Assembly: GCA_039033475.1 (NCBI GenBank)
Contig: JBCCCO010000003.1
Location: 724-64,723 of the forward strand
DNA length: 64,000 bases
Direction: 5' to 3'
Source: Pseudomonadota bacterium
GTDB lineage: Bacteria; Pseudomonadota; Alphaproteobacteria; Rhizobiales; CBDHHC01
Shown here: positions 55,501 through 64,000 of the stretch, piece by piece
Layout: the number at the start of each line of letters is the position of its first letter
Numbering within the stretch: position 1 is the stretch's first letter
Program-made: the position numbers and the translations under genes
The notes under the pieces: generated by a model
The model's input: only the letters and a program-made list of their open reading frames with translations
What the model was told of the DNA's origin: nothing
Databases searched by the model: none

Positions 55501-56010
55501 ATTGCCAATTTAAATCGTGAAGGCCGCAAGCGTTTGCTTGAGGCATATGAAAAGGTGAACACACACTTTCAGTCCTTGTTTACAACTTTGTTTGAAGGTG
55601 GCGCTGCGGAGTTGAAATTGGTGGATGCGCAAGATCCACTGGAAGCTGGCTTAGAGATTATTGCTCGTCCGCCAGGAAAAAAGCCGCAAGTTTTAAGTTT
55701 GCTCTCAGGCGGGGAAAAAGCGCTCACAGCGATGTCTTTGATTTTTGCTGTTTTTCTGACCAATCCTTCACCGATATGTGTGCTTGATGAAGTTGATGCG
55801 CCACTTGATGATGCAAATGTAAACAGGTTTTGCAAATTACTTGAGAATATTGTTGAGAATACTGACACCCGATTTCTAGTTATTACCCATCATCCAATTA
55901 CGATGTCACGAATGGATCGTTTGTTTGGAGTGACGATGGCAGAAAAAGGGATAAGTCAACTTGTTTCTGTGGATTTAGAGAGCGCTGAGGGTTTACGAGA
56001 AGCCAGTTAA
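52555..56010 (+). CDS. smc: chromosome partition protein Smc
   Basis: [23 protein letters not shown] (Walker A), long coiled coils, [16 protein letters not shown] (signature) and [12 protein letters not shown] (Walker B). GTG start lies after GGGGAG. Confidence 0.9.
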   Translation: [1151 protein letters not shown]

Positions 56011-56284
56011 TGTGGATTATGTTATTTATGTTCACACTTATGACATATTTAGCAAAAGATGTTCGGTCACTTTTGTAAGTCTTTGAAATATATAAATTAC
56101 TATTATTGCAATCAATATGGTACATTTGTGAGTTAAACTTAAGGTTTAAGTTATGTCAGTTTAGCTCACAATATTTGTCGGGTTTTTTACGGACTGGATT
56201 AAATTTGTTCAAGTGGTAGTATTTAAGGCATGTTAACTATTGTAGTGAAGTATGAAAAATTGATTTATGCTTTGGGGGAATATC

Positions 56285-56416
56285 ATGAACGATATTGAAC
56301 GACTTAAATTTGCACTTAAGGAAATTAGAACTTGGGTCAAAGAAGATATGTTGAAAAAGCAAGACATTATCTGGATCGTTGATAAAGCTCTTGCTGAAAC
56401 GCGCCAAAGTAAATAG
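56285..56416 (+). CDS. candidate small ORF (43 aa)
   Basis: GGGGGA lies 6 nt upstream of the ATG. Product is MNDIERLKFALKEIRTWVKEDMLKKQDIIWIVDKALAETRQSK. A terminator hairpin overlaps the stop. Confidence 0.4.
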   Translation: MNDIERLKFALKEIRTWVKEDMLKKQDIIWIVDKALAETRQSK

Positions 56417-56440
56417 GCTTCCTATTTGGCGTGTTTTTTT
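56402..56440 (+). terminator. Rho-independent terminator
   Basis: CGCCAAA pairs with TTTGGCG around an inner TAGG/CCTA stem, and TGTTTTTTT follows. Confidence 0.55.
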
Positions 56441-56668
56441 ATTTCAGCAACGCATTGTGTTATGCGCTGTAGCCCATCTGCTTTTCATAAATTGTTGAAT
56501 ACATTTCAGTTGTTTAAAGCTGGAAGTGAGTAGCCTTTTTGCTCTGGACGCAAACCCCTTTTTAAATGACTATTCAATCAATTTTATTAAAATTTTCAAT
56601 AAATTAGATTTAAATCTTACTGTTTTATTTGAATGCAAATTAGTGTTTTCCTGCTAATTTGCGACACT

Positions 56669-56992
56669 ATGATAAATACTGCTGCTCAATCCGCTTTATC
56701 TGGTTTGCAATCTGCAAGCTCGTTGTTTTCTCAAGCTGCGACAAACATTGTTCAAGCCCCGACTCAAACATTCGTTGAGCCATTGTCTCCTGTAACGTCT
56801 TCCTTTCCAAATGGTGGACCAGCGTTGCAAAACGTGTCTGCACTAAACCAAGTGATTGGAGAAAATCCAGGTCTGGCAGAAAATCTCGTGACATTACAAG
56901 AGGCTTCGTTTGCCTATCAAGCTTCCGCTAATGTTTTGGGCTCAATCCAAGAGACTTCAGAAGAAGTGCTAGAGCGTGTCAATGCTGATTAG
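56669..56992 (+). CDS. small protein with flagellar axial-protein-like N and C termini (107 aa)
   Basis: N-terminus MINTAAQSALSGLQSASSLFSQAATNIVQA and C-terminus LAENLVTLQEASFAYQASANVLGSIQETSEEVL. There is no clear SD, and a 9-bp hairpin (56635-56662) lies just upstream. Confidence 0.4.
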   Translation: MINTAAQSALSGLQSASSLFSQAATNIVQAPTQTFVEPLSPVTSSFPNGGPALQNVSALNQVIGENPGLAENLVTLQEASFAYQASANVLGSIQETSEEVLERVNAD

Positions 56993-57106
56993 ATTCAAGA
57001 TGCTGTGTCTAAAAAACCGCTTCTGATCATACGTGTCATATCAAACTGCTTTGTGATATTTTGCAACTAAAATCTCGGGTAGCGTTGGAATCGGGGTATA
57101 GATAGG

Positions 57107-58696
57107 TTAACGAATAACCTTTGCAATCATATCACGGGTTTTTGCAATACCATAAAGCTCGACAAAAGACCCAAAGCGGGGCCCTTGAGATTGCCCAAGT
57201 AAAACTTCATAAAGTGCGCGAAACCAATTGCGCAAGTTTTCAAAGTCATGATCTTTACCGACCTTGTACACAACACTTTGGATATCCTCCCCGCTTGTGC
57301 CTGGCTCGATTGTGTCAAGACGTTCATGTAAATCAATAAGAGCAGCCTTTTCTTGTTCTGTCGGAGGGCGAAACTGCTTTGTTGGTTTTACAAAATCATG
57401 GAAATACGCAATTGCATAGCCGACCAGTTGATCAAGCACAGGATGCGTTTTCGGTGTGGCATCAGGCTCATATTGTTGAATAAACCCCCACAGCACCTCT
57501 TTGTCTTCAGAATTTGAGGCCGAGACCAAATTCAACAACAAATTAAAGGAAATCGGCAATTCTGCTTGTGGTGGTGTTCCAGAATGAATGTGCCAAACCG
57601 GGTTGTTTAGTTGATCTTTAATCGTCTGGCCGGGAAATTTCTCCAAAAACGTTAGGTACTCATCAACCGTCTTTGGAATAATATCAAAAAACAGACGTTT
57701 GGCCGTCTTTGGTTTTTGAAACATAAAAAGTGATAGGCTTTGCGGGCTGGCATAAGTCAACCATTGCTCAATCGTCAGCCCATTGCCTTTCGATTTGGAG
57801 ATTTTCTCGCCTTTTTCATCCAAAAACAACTCATAAGAAAACCCTTCAGGCGGCGTACCATTCAATGCTTTACAAATCCGGCTAGAGAGCTTTACCGACT
57901 CGCTTAAATCTTTCCCGGCCATTTCATAATCAACCCCCAAGGCTGCCCATCTCAGGGCCCAGTCGGCTTTCCATTGGCATTTCACGCGCCCGCCCGTCAC
58001 AGGGGTTTCAATTTTCTCTTTGGTCACCGGGTCTTCATAAGTCACAGTGCCAGCTTCAGGATCGCGGGCAATCATCGGAACTTGCAAAACATCTCCAGTG
58101 CGTGGACAAATCGGCAAAAAAGGAGAATAGGTTTTGCGCCGCTCTTCTCCAAGAGTTGGCAAAATAATGTCCATCACTTTGTCATAAACATTCAACATTT
58201 GTAGCAACGCGGCATCAAACCGCCCGGAGCGATAAACCTCAGTTGCTGAGAAAAATTCATACTCAAAGCCAAACTGGTCCAAAAACTTTTGCAGCCGTTC
58301 ATTGTTGGTTTGGCCAAAGCTTTTATCACTTCCATAGGGATCTGGCACAGATGTAAGGGGTTTGTTGAGATACTCGGCCATCATGTCTTGGTTCGGAATG
58401 TTGGTCGGCACTTTACGAAATCCATCCATATCATCAGAAAAACAAATCAAGCGGGTCTTGACTTCGCCTTTGGTGAGAATGTGAAACGCATGGCGCACCA
58501 TAGTGGTACGGGCAACCTCGCCAAAAGTGCCAATATGTGGCAATCCTGATGGGCCATAACCAGTTTCAAAGATCACTTCTTCAGGTTGTTGTTTGAGTCG
58601 ATCCAGACGCTTAATCAGTTTTTTTGCTTCTTCAAACGGCCAAGCTTTTGCGCTTTCAGCAGCACTTAAAGTCTCAGAATCAATGACAACAGACAT
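57107..58696 (-). CDS. lysK: class I lysyl-tRNA synthetase
   Basis: [16 protein letters not shown] holds the HIGH-type motif and KISKSKGNG the KMSKS-type motif. The protein is 529 aa. Confidence 0.9.
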   Translation of the reverse strand: MSVVIDSETLSAAESAKAWPFEEAKKLIKRLDRLKQQPEEVIFETGYGPSGLPHIGTFGEVARTTMVRHAFHILTKGEVKTRLICFSDDMDGFRKVPTNIPNQDMMAEYLNKPLTSVPDPYGSDKSFGQTNNERLQKFLDQFGFEYEFFSATEVYRSGRFDAALLQMLNVYDKVMDIILPTLGEERRKTYSPFLPICPRTGDVLQVPMIARDPEAGTVTYEDPVTKEKIETPVTGGRVKCQWKADWALRWAALGVDYEMAGKDLSESVKLSSRICKALNGTPPEGFSYELFLDEKGEKISKSKGNGLTIEQWLTYASPQSLSLFMFQKPKTAKRLFFDIIPKTVDEYLTFLEKFPGQTIKDQLNNPVWHIHSGTPPQAELPISFNLLLNLVSASNSEDKEVLWGFIQQYEPDATPKTHPVLDQLVGYAIAYFHDFVKPTKQFRPPTEQEKAALIDLHERLDTIEPGTSGEDIQSVVYKVGKDHDFENLRNWFRALYEVLLGQSQGPRFGSFVELYGIAKTRDMIAKVIR

Positions 58697-58809
58697 GATG
58701 TTTCTTCTTTATAGTAATTTTGAGTATGTGTGATTAATCTCAATTCGCGATGAGAAAGCAATAAAAAATACTCTCATTTTGCAAGGCAAGGTCTAAACAA
58801 TTTTCTTAA

Positions 58810-58834
58810 GATTCCAGCTTTCGCTGGAATGACG
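58810..58834 (-). repeat. palindromic repeat module 1, copy E (solo)
   Basis: GATTCCAGCTTTCGCTGGAATGACG is the reverse complement of CGTCATTCCAGCGAAAGCTGGAATC. Confidence 0.75.
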
Positions 58835-59045
58835 TTGAGAGTTGTGATGTTTAAAACGCTTACTTCCCTATCTCAAATTAGGATTGTGATTCATCTTGTG
58901 ACGACACTATTCATAGGATATATCAACAGTCAATCATCAAAGGGCGTATTTCAAAAGAAGATTAGGTCTTGATCCAGAGTGATAAATTGCTACATGTGGT
59001 GTGCAAAATAGATATTTTAGCTGATAACAAGAAAGAGATTTTGCC

Positions 59046-59492
59046 ATGTCTGATACATCGTCGTCTGCTACAGAGTTAAACACAGATACCATTTCCCACC
59101 ATGAAGCCCTGATTTATGTAATGGTCACGATGTCAGCAGTGGATCGCACAATATCCGATCAAGAATTAGCGCGCATAGGAAATATCGTTAGCCAATTGCC
59201 AATTTTTAAAGGCTTTGATTCTGAAATGCTGGTCCCAGCCTCAGAGGCTTGCGGCACAATTTTGGGTAGAGAAAATGGATTAAATGACCTCCTCAATGTC
59301 ATTGCTCTGGCACTCCCTGAAAGCTTATATGAAACAGCATATGCCATGGCTGTTGACATTGCAGCGATTGATCTCGATGTCACCCAAGAAGAACTGAGGT
59401 TCTTACAATTGCTTTGCGATAAACTAAGTCTAGATAAGCTTGCGATTGCAGCGATTGAGCGGGGTGCAAAAGCCCGTCATGCCACATTATAG
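59046..59492 (+). CDS. TerB-family (tellurite resistance-like) protein
   Basis: EALIYVMVTMSAVDRTISDQELARIG...AYAMAVDIAAIDLDVTQEELRFLQLL fits the TerB-like helical repeat pattern. Confidence 0.65.
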   Translation: MSDTSSSATELNTDTISHHEALIYVMVTMSAVDRTISDQELARIGNIVSQLPIFKGFDSEMLVPASEACGTILGRENGLNDLLNVIALALPESLYETAYAMAVDIAAIDLDVTQEELRFLQLLCDKLSLDKLAIAAIERGAKARHATL

Positions 59493-59518
59493 CACTTTAC
59501 TAAGACTCTAACTCTTAC

Positions 59519-59971
59519 ATGACAATGAAAAACAAAGCACTCTATGCCTTTTTGACCTATGCTGGCGCGCTTCCATTTGTCATTTGTATGTTTTTCATTT
59601 CATTTGGCATCTCACAAGTATTCTATTTGCCGCGGTTCGATCATATTGTAAGCAGCTATGCCCTTGTGATTTTATCGTTTCTTGCAGGTGTACACTGGGG
59701 GATCTATCTCTATAAAGAACAAGACATTCCAATCAATCTATTTGTTCTAAGCAATGTTGTCACGTTGTTCGCTTGGTTTGCTTTTTTATTCACCACTCTA
59801 TTTTGGCAATTGGTTATATTTAGCTTAAGTTTTGCACTTTTGCTTCGGGTTGATTATAGTCTATTCCGTCAGTCTTTGATAACACTCGATTATTTTCAAA
59901 CCCGCTGTAATGTGACGAGTATTGTAATTCTGTCTCTGTGTACAATACTCTTAAAATTAGGGATATCCTGA
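59519..59971 (+). CDS. DUF3429-like membrane protein
   Basis: Four to five TM segments. TYAGALPFV and ILSFLAGVHWG motifs are present. Confidence 0.55.
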   Translation: MTMKNKALYAFLTYAGALPFVICMFFISFGISQVFYLPRFDHIVSSYALVILSFLAGVHWGIYLYKEQDIPINLFVLSNVVTLFAWFAFLFTTLFWQLVIFSLSFALLLRVDYSLFRQSLITLDYFQTRCNVTSIVILSLCTILLKLGIS

Positions 59972-59972
59972 T

Positions 59973-60881
59973 ATGTCCTCTAGGGCAAAACCATCCAAAT
60001 CAAAATCCTCTCGCAAACCACAATATAAGAAAAAAACAATTGCCCTTGTTTATGACTTCGATGGCACCTTAAGCCCAAAGCCAATGCAGGAATACACGTT
60101 TCTGCCCCAGATTGGGTTAGATGCCAAAACGTTTTGGTCAGAGGTCAATGCCCTGACAAAACAGCATAAAGCTGAAGGCTTAATTACGTACATGCACTTG
60201 ATGTACAAAAAAGCAAAAGAGCGCGGCGTTGAAATTCGCCGTCAGGATTTGGTGGATTTGGGTAAAAAAGTAGCCCTTTTCAAAGGCGTGACAGAGTGGT
60301 TTGCTGCTATAAACGCATACACCAAAACCATCAGCACAACACCTGTGGAGGTACGCCATTACATGGTCTCGTCTGGGCTAAAGGAGATTATTGAAGGCAC
60401 AGAGATATATAACAATTTCGATAATGTGTTTGCCTCTGAATATTGGTTTGAAGCATATGATTTGCCCTATCCGAAAAGAGTAATAACCGATACTTCAAAA
60501 ACCCAATATTTGTTTCGCATTAACAAAGGTATAGAAGATCTCAATGAAAGCATTAACAGTCATATGCCAGAAGAAGATCGTCCCATCCCCTTTGAAAATA
60601 TGATTTATTTTGGCGATGGTGAAACCGACGTTCCCTCTATGACGGTAATGCGCAAGAATGGGGGATATGCTATGGCCGTCCATCCACCACGTGGCGACCG
60701 TAGCAAGTGTATTGAACTCCTAAAAGCAGACCGTGTGGATTTCTTTGCCCCTGCGGATTATCGTGAAGGTTCTGATTTGTTTCAACGCACATGCCTTTTA
60801 ATCGATCGCATTTTAGCGACAATCAAAGTTTCTGAAGAAATCTGGCGCTTAAAGAATGCTGCGAAACGGTATAAGAATTAA
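59973..60881 (+). CDS. HAD-superfamily hydrolase
   Basis: LVYDFDGTL is HAD motif I and FGDGETDVPSM is motif IV. The N-terminus is basic. Confidence 0.7.
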   Translation: MSSRAKPSKSKSSRKPQYKKKTIALVYDFDGTLSPKPMQEYTFLPQIGLDAKTFWSEVNALTKQHKAEGLITYMHLMYKKAKERGVEIRRQDLVDLGKKVALFKGVTEWFAAINAYTKTISTTPVEVRHYMVSSGLKEIIEGTEIYNNFDNVFASEYWFEAYDLPYPKRVITDTSKTQYLFRINKGIEDLNESINSHMPEEDRPIPFENMIYFGDGETDVPSMTVMRKNGGYAMAVHPPRGDRSKCIELLKADRVDFFAPADYREGSDLFQRTCLLIDRILATIKVSEEIWRLKNAAKRYKN

Positions 60882-61091
60882 CCAAATATTACGATGACTC
60901 TTGCGAGATAAACAAAATTTAATTTGGATTATCTGGTAACAAGCCTCATGTTCTAAGTATTATTCTTTTTCATAAAATAACTTTTGATAGATTTAATATG
61001 CATTTCACACATCAAACGGCCCAACATTCATCATGTGAAGTTAATTTTTGCTCTAAAATCAAAGTCTCCTCCGCTATTCTCGCAAAATCCT

Positions 61092-61225
61092 CCGTCATTC
61101 CCGCGAAAGCGGGAATCTCATGGAACTTAAGACGGCTTTGGAATTTAATGAGATCCCGGATCGCGCATCGGAGCAAAACATCTAATCAAATTCAAAATTG
61201 GGGCCGAGGCTTGTCCGGGATGACG
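61092..61225 (+). repeat. composite palindromic repeat, copy C
   Basis: Module 1 is CCGTCATTCCCGCGAAAGCGGGAATCTC. Module 2 runs from GAGATCCCGGATCGCGCATCGGAGCAA to CTTGTCCGGGATGACG. Confidence 0.8.
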
Positions 61226-63199
61226 AAATGGTTTTTCTATGTTTTTCCCATAAATCAACAGAGTTTTAAAAAGTCCCTTACCCTAAAAAAAATATTCACC
61301 CATACTGCGCTCATCTCTATCGTTATGTGGTCGGCTTCATTTTCCATCAGTTATGCTGAGACCAAAAAACGCCATGCTTTATCGCTTATTGGAACACCAA
61401 AATATGGGCCAGATTACAAGCATTTTGACTATGTCAATCCAGATGCTCCAAAAGGGGGGCGTGTACGGCGCTGGGCCATTGGCAGCTTTGATACCCTCAA
61501 CCCCTTTGCAACCACCAAAGGCCAGCCCGCTACAGGCATAACGTTGATCTATGATCAGTTGATGCAAGTCAGTCTAGAAGAGCCGTCAACAGAATATGGC
61601 TTGTTGGCAGAATGGGTGTCCTATCCAGATGATTTTTCATCCGCCACTTTTAAATTGCGAGATGGTGCCACATGGCACGATGGCAAACCTGTCACTGTAG
61701 AAGATGTGATATTTAGCTTTAACAATGTGATCAAAATTAATCCGAGGCAAGCACAGTATTATAAAAACGTCAGTGATGTTAAAAAAACAGGTGACCGGGA
61801 AGTAACATTCTCCTTTGATACCAAGAACAATCGAGAGCTGCCGCAAATTATTTCACAGCTTTACATTTTGCCAAAGCATTATTGGACGGACAAAGACAAA
61901 GACGGCAAACCGCGTGATATTTCCAAATCAACATTAGAAATTCCCTTAGGCTCTGGGCCTTATAAAATCAGCTCAATGCAACCAGGTCGGTCCATAACAT
62001 ATGAACGAGTGAAAAAATATTGGGGCAAAGACTTATCCGTAAACAAAGGGCAATTCAATTTTGATGAAATCAGATTTACCTATTTTCGCGATCCTGTTGT
62101 CGCATTTGAGGCCTTTAAAGCAGGTCAAGTAGATTATCACATAGAAACCCGGTCGTTAAATTGGGCCAAAGGGTATAATTTTCCAGCAGCAAAGAAAGGG
62201 TTTGTTAAAAAACGCTATGTGCCTGAAAAATCTGTGCGCTTTATGCAAGCGTTTGTTTTTAATACCAGACTCCCAAAATTTTCTGACGCACGTGTCCGCA
62301 AGGCTTTAAATTTGGTTTTTGATTTTGAAACAGCCAACAAAAATTTATTTTATGGTCAATACACGCGCCTAAACAGCTTTTTTGATGAGACGGAAATGGC
62401 TGCAAAAGGCTTGCCCCAAGGCAAAGAGCTTGAGATTTTAAATGAATTTAAAGGCCAAATTCCAGAACAAGTCTTCACAACTGAATTCAAAGCTCCGGTG
62501 AATGGCAACCCGCAAAACTTTCGAAAAAACCTACGCCAAGCTTTAAAGCTCTTAAAAGAAGCTGGCTGGGTCATAAAGAACAAAAAACTGGTCAATGCCA
62601 AATCGGGAGAGCCTATGGAAATCTCGTTTCTCTTAGTCTCCCCTGCTTTTGAAAGAATTGTATTGCCGTATATTAAAAATCTAGAACGCCTTGGCATTAA
62701 ATCCTCAGCGCGTGTAATCGATTCATCAGAATACACCCGGCGCAAGATAAAATTTGAGTACGAAATTATTGTTGACAGCTTTCCGCAAAGTTTTTCACCA
62801 GGCAATGAACAACGCTTTTTCTGGGGCTCCAAAGCTGCTGATACGCCGGGAACACGCAATGCTGCCGGCATAAAAAACCCCGTTGTAGACAAGATTATTG
62901 ACAAAATTATCTTTGCCAAAGATCGGCCCGAACTGGTTGCGGCAACGCGGGCCTTAGACCGCGTGCTGTTATGGAATTACTATGTTGTCCCGCAATGGTA
63001 TTCCGCTTACGACCGCATCGCATTTTGGAGTAAATTTGGATATCCGAAATCTCTTGTAATGGTCGATAAGGATTGTGATCAGACCTGCAAACAAAAAAAG
63101 TTGGCCGAGCCGGGAAATATTTACACCTTAAACACCGGCTTTTTACAGACTTGGTGGTATGACGAAGCAAAAGCCAAAAAAATTAAGGATGCAAGGTAG
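61220..63199 (+). CDS. ABC transporter periplasmic substrate-binding protein, YejA-like (family 5)
   Basis: Signal peptide ...IFTHTALISIVMWSASFSISYA, then HALSLIGTPKYGPDYKHFDYVNPDAPKGG. The first plausible ATG lies inside the repeat terminus, and the ORF is open back to 60998. Confidence 0.8.
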   Translation: MTKWFFYVFPINQQSFKKSLTLKKIFTHTALISIVMWSASFSISYAETKKRHALSLIGTPKYGPDYKHFDYVNPDAPKGGRVRRWAIGSFDTLNPFATTKGQPATGITLIYDQLMQVSLEEPSTEYGLLAEWVSYPDDFSSATFKLRDGATWHDGKPVTVEDVIFSFNNVIKINPRQAQYYKNVSDVKKTGDREVTFSFDTKNNRELPQIISQLYILPKHYWTDKDKDGKPRDISKSTLEIPLGSGPYKISSMQPGRSITYERVKKYWGKDLSVNKGQFNFDEIRFTYFRDPVVAFEAFKAGQVDYHIETRSLNWAKGYNFPAAKKGFVKKRYVPEKSVRFMQAFVFNTRLPKFSDARVRKALNLVFDFETANKNLFYGQYTRLNSFFDETEMAAKGLPQGKELEILNEFKGQIPEQVFTTEFKAPVNGNPQNFRKNLRQALKLLKEAGWVIKNKKLVNAKSGEPMEISFLLVSPAFERIVLPYIKNLERLGIKSSARVIDSSEYTRRKIKFEYEIIVDSFPQSFSPGNEQRFFWGSKAADTPGTRNAAGIKNPVVDKIIDKIIFAKDRPELVAATRALDRVLLWNYYVVPQWYSAYDRIAFWSKFGYPKSLVMVDKDCDQTCKQKKLAEPGNIYTLNTGFLQTWWYDEAKAKKIKDAR

Positions 63200-63265
63200 G
63201 ATGCACCGCATAAAGCAAAAAGTGGATAGCAAGTCTGGTTTAGAGTGCCTTCTGAAGGAGGATTT

Positions 63266-64000
63266 ATGAACAAACCTCTCACCGTCATTCCCGCGAAAGC
63301 GGGAATCTCTTTAATTATCAATGTGCACAAAACAAAAGCCCCCCGTCATCCCGGCCAAGTGCATGTAATGCACGCGAGCCGGGATCTCTGGAACTTTCAA
63401 CATATTGAGAGTTACAGAGATTCCCGCTTTCGCGGGAATGACGGTGGAGGGGGTTTTTATAAACACTCCGCTAGGTATACTCCAAAATCCGCTCTGCTAT
63501 CACTAATATACTTTTTCGTTCTAATCGCAGCTCAAATTTTTGTTCCAGTATCACACGCCACTGAAACAACGCACGGCCTCTCTGCGTTTGGAGATTTGAA
63601 GTACCCAGCAGATTTCAAACACTTTGACTATGTCAATCCAGACGCTCCGAAAGGTGGACGGCTCTCTATGATTGGAACCGCAGCGGTGACCACCTTTGAT
63701 AGCTTTAATGGCTACATTGTGCGCGGCGTACCAGCACAGGGCTTAGGCTACCTCTCAAACACACTTACAGTTTTTGATCAACTGATGGTTCGCGCCTGGG
63801 ATGAGCCTGATTCAGTTTATGGTTTGGTCGCGCATTCAGCCAAATTAAGCGCAGATAAAAAATCCGTAACATTTTATTTGCGCCCAGAAGCACGCTTTGC
63901 AGATGGCTCAAAACTCACCGCAGATGATGTTATTTTCACGTTCCAGACTCTAAAAGAAAAAGGCCATCCCGCTTATGCGTTTCCGCTTAAAGATGTCACT
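63266..64000 (+). CDS. second YejA-like substrate-binding protein (3' end runs past the window)
   Basis: GAAGGAGGA lies 5 nt before the ATG at 63266. The frame stays open through the repeat into ...LIYFFVLIAAQIFVPVSHA and HGLSAFGDLKYPADFKHFDYVNPDAPKGG. Confidence 0.75.
   Translation, partial: MNKPLTVIPAKAGISLIINVHKTKAPRHPGQVHVMHASRDLWNFQHIESYRDSRFRGNDGGGGFYKHSARYTPKSALLSLIYFFVLIAAQIFVPVSHATETTHGLSAFGDLKYPADFKHFDYVNPDAPKGGRLSMIGTAAVTTFDSFNGYIVRGVPAQGLGYLSNTLTVFDQLMVRAWDEPDSVYGLVAHSAKLSADKKSVTFYLRPEARFADGSKLTADDVIFTFQTLKEKGHPAYAFPLKDVT
63282..63443 (+). repeat. composite palindromic repeat, copy D (module 1, inverted module 2, inverted module 1)
   Basis: CCGTCATTCCCGCGAAAGCGGGAATCTC at 63282-63309 has its exact reverse complement at 63416-63443. 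These flank CCGTCATCCCGGCC...GAGCCGGGATCTC. Confidence 0.85.

Overview
Visibly AT-rich alphaproteobacterial chromosome segment. The taxon call rests on flaF/flbT/fliX, a one-Cys DksA, class I LysRS and mutY-DUF721-dsbA-smc synteny. Positions 1-29.5 kb hold a Caulobacter-type flagellar supercluster. It contains flgE-flgK-flgL, convergent flaF-flbT preceded by five tandem flagellin paralogs, and flgI with a FlgJ-like and a FlgN-like gene. It also contains divergent fliX, dksA, flgF-G-A-H, and fliL-fliM followed by two low-complexity membrane proteins and a 1250-aa exported repeat/TPR-like protein. Regulatory signals read directly from the DNA are three sigma54-type promoters (flgE, flgI, flgF). 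There is also a TTAA-N7-TTAR CtrA-type box at about the same distance upstream of fliX and all five flagellin genes, and an SD-sequestering palindrome in four flagellin leaders. An IS3 transposase relic sits at the cluster edge. The remaining 34 kb is mostly housekeeping: MMPL transporter, kpsF, pepN, Wzy/Wzx-like genes, thyA, folA, hflKC, degP, LysR, exported msrB/msrA, mutY, dsbA x2, smc, lysK and two yejA-like binding proteins. It is peppered with a composite palindromic repeat family that runs through the 5' ends of both yejA-like ORFs. No rRNA, tRNA or CRISPR was recognised. The best candidate for undescribed biology is the 1250-aa periplasmic protein at the end of the fliLM unit. All functional calls come from reading translations by eye and remain unverified by any search.
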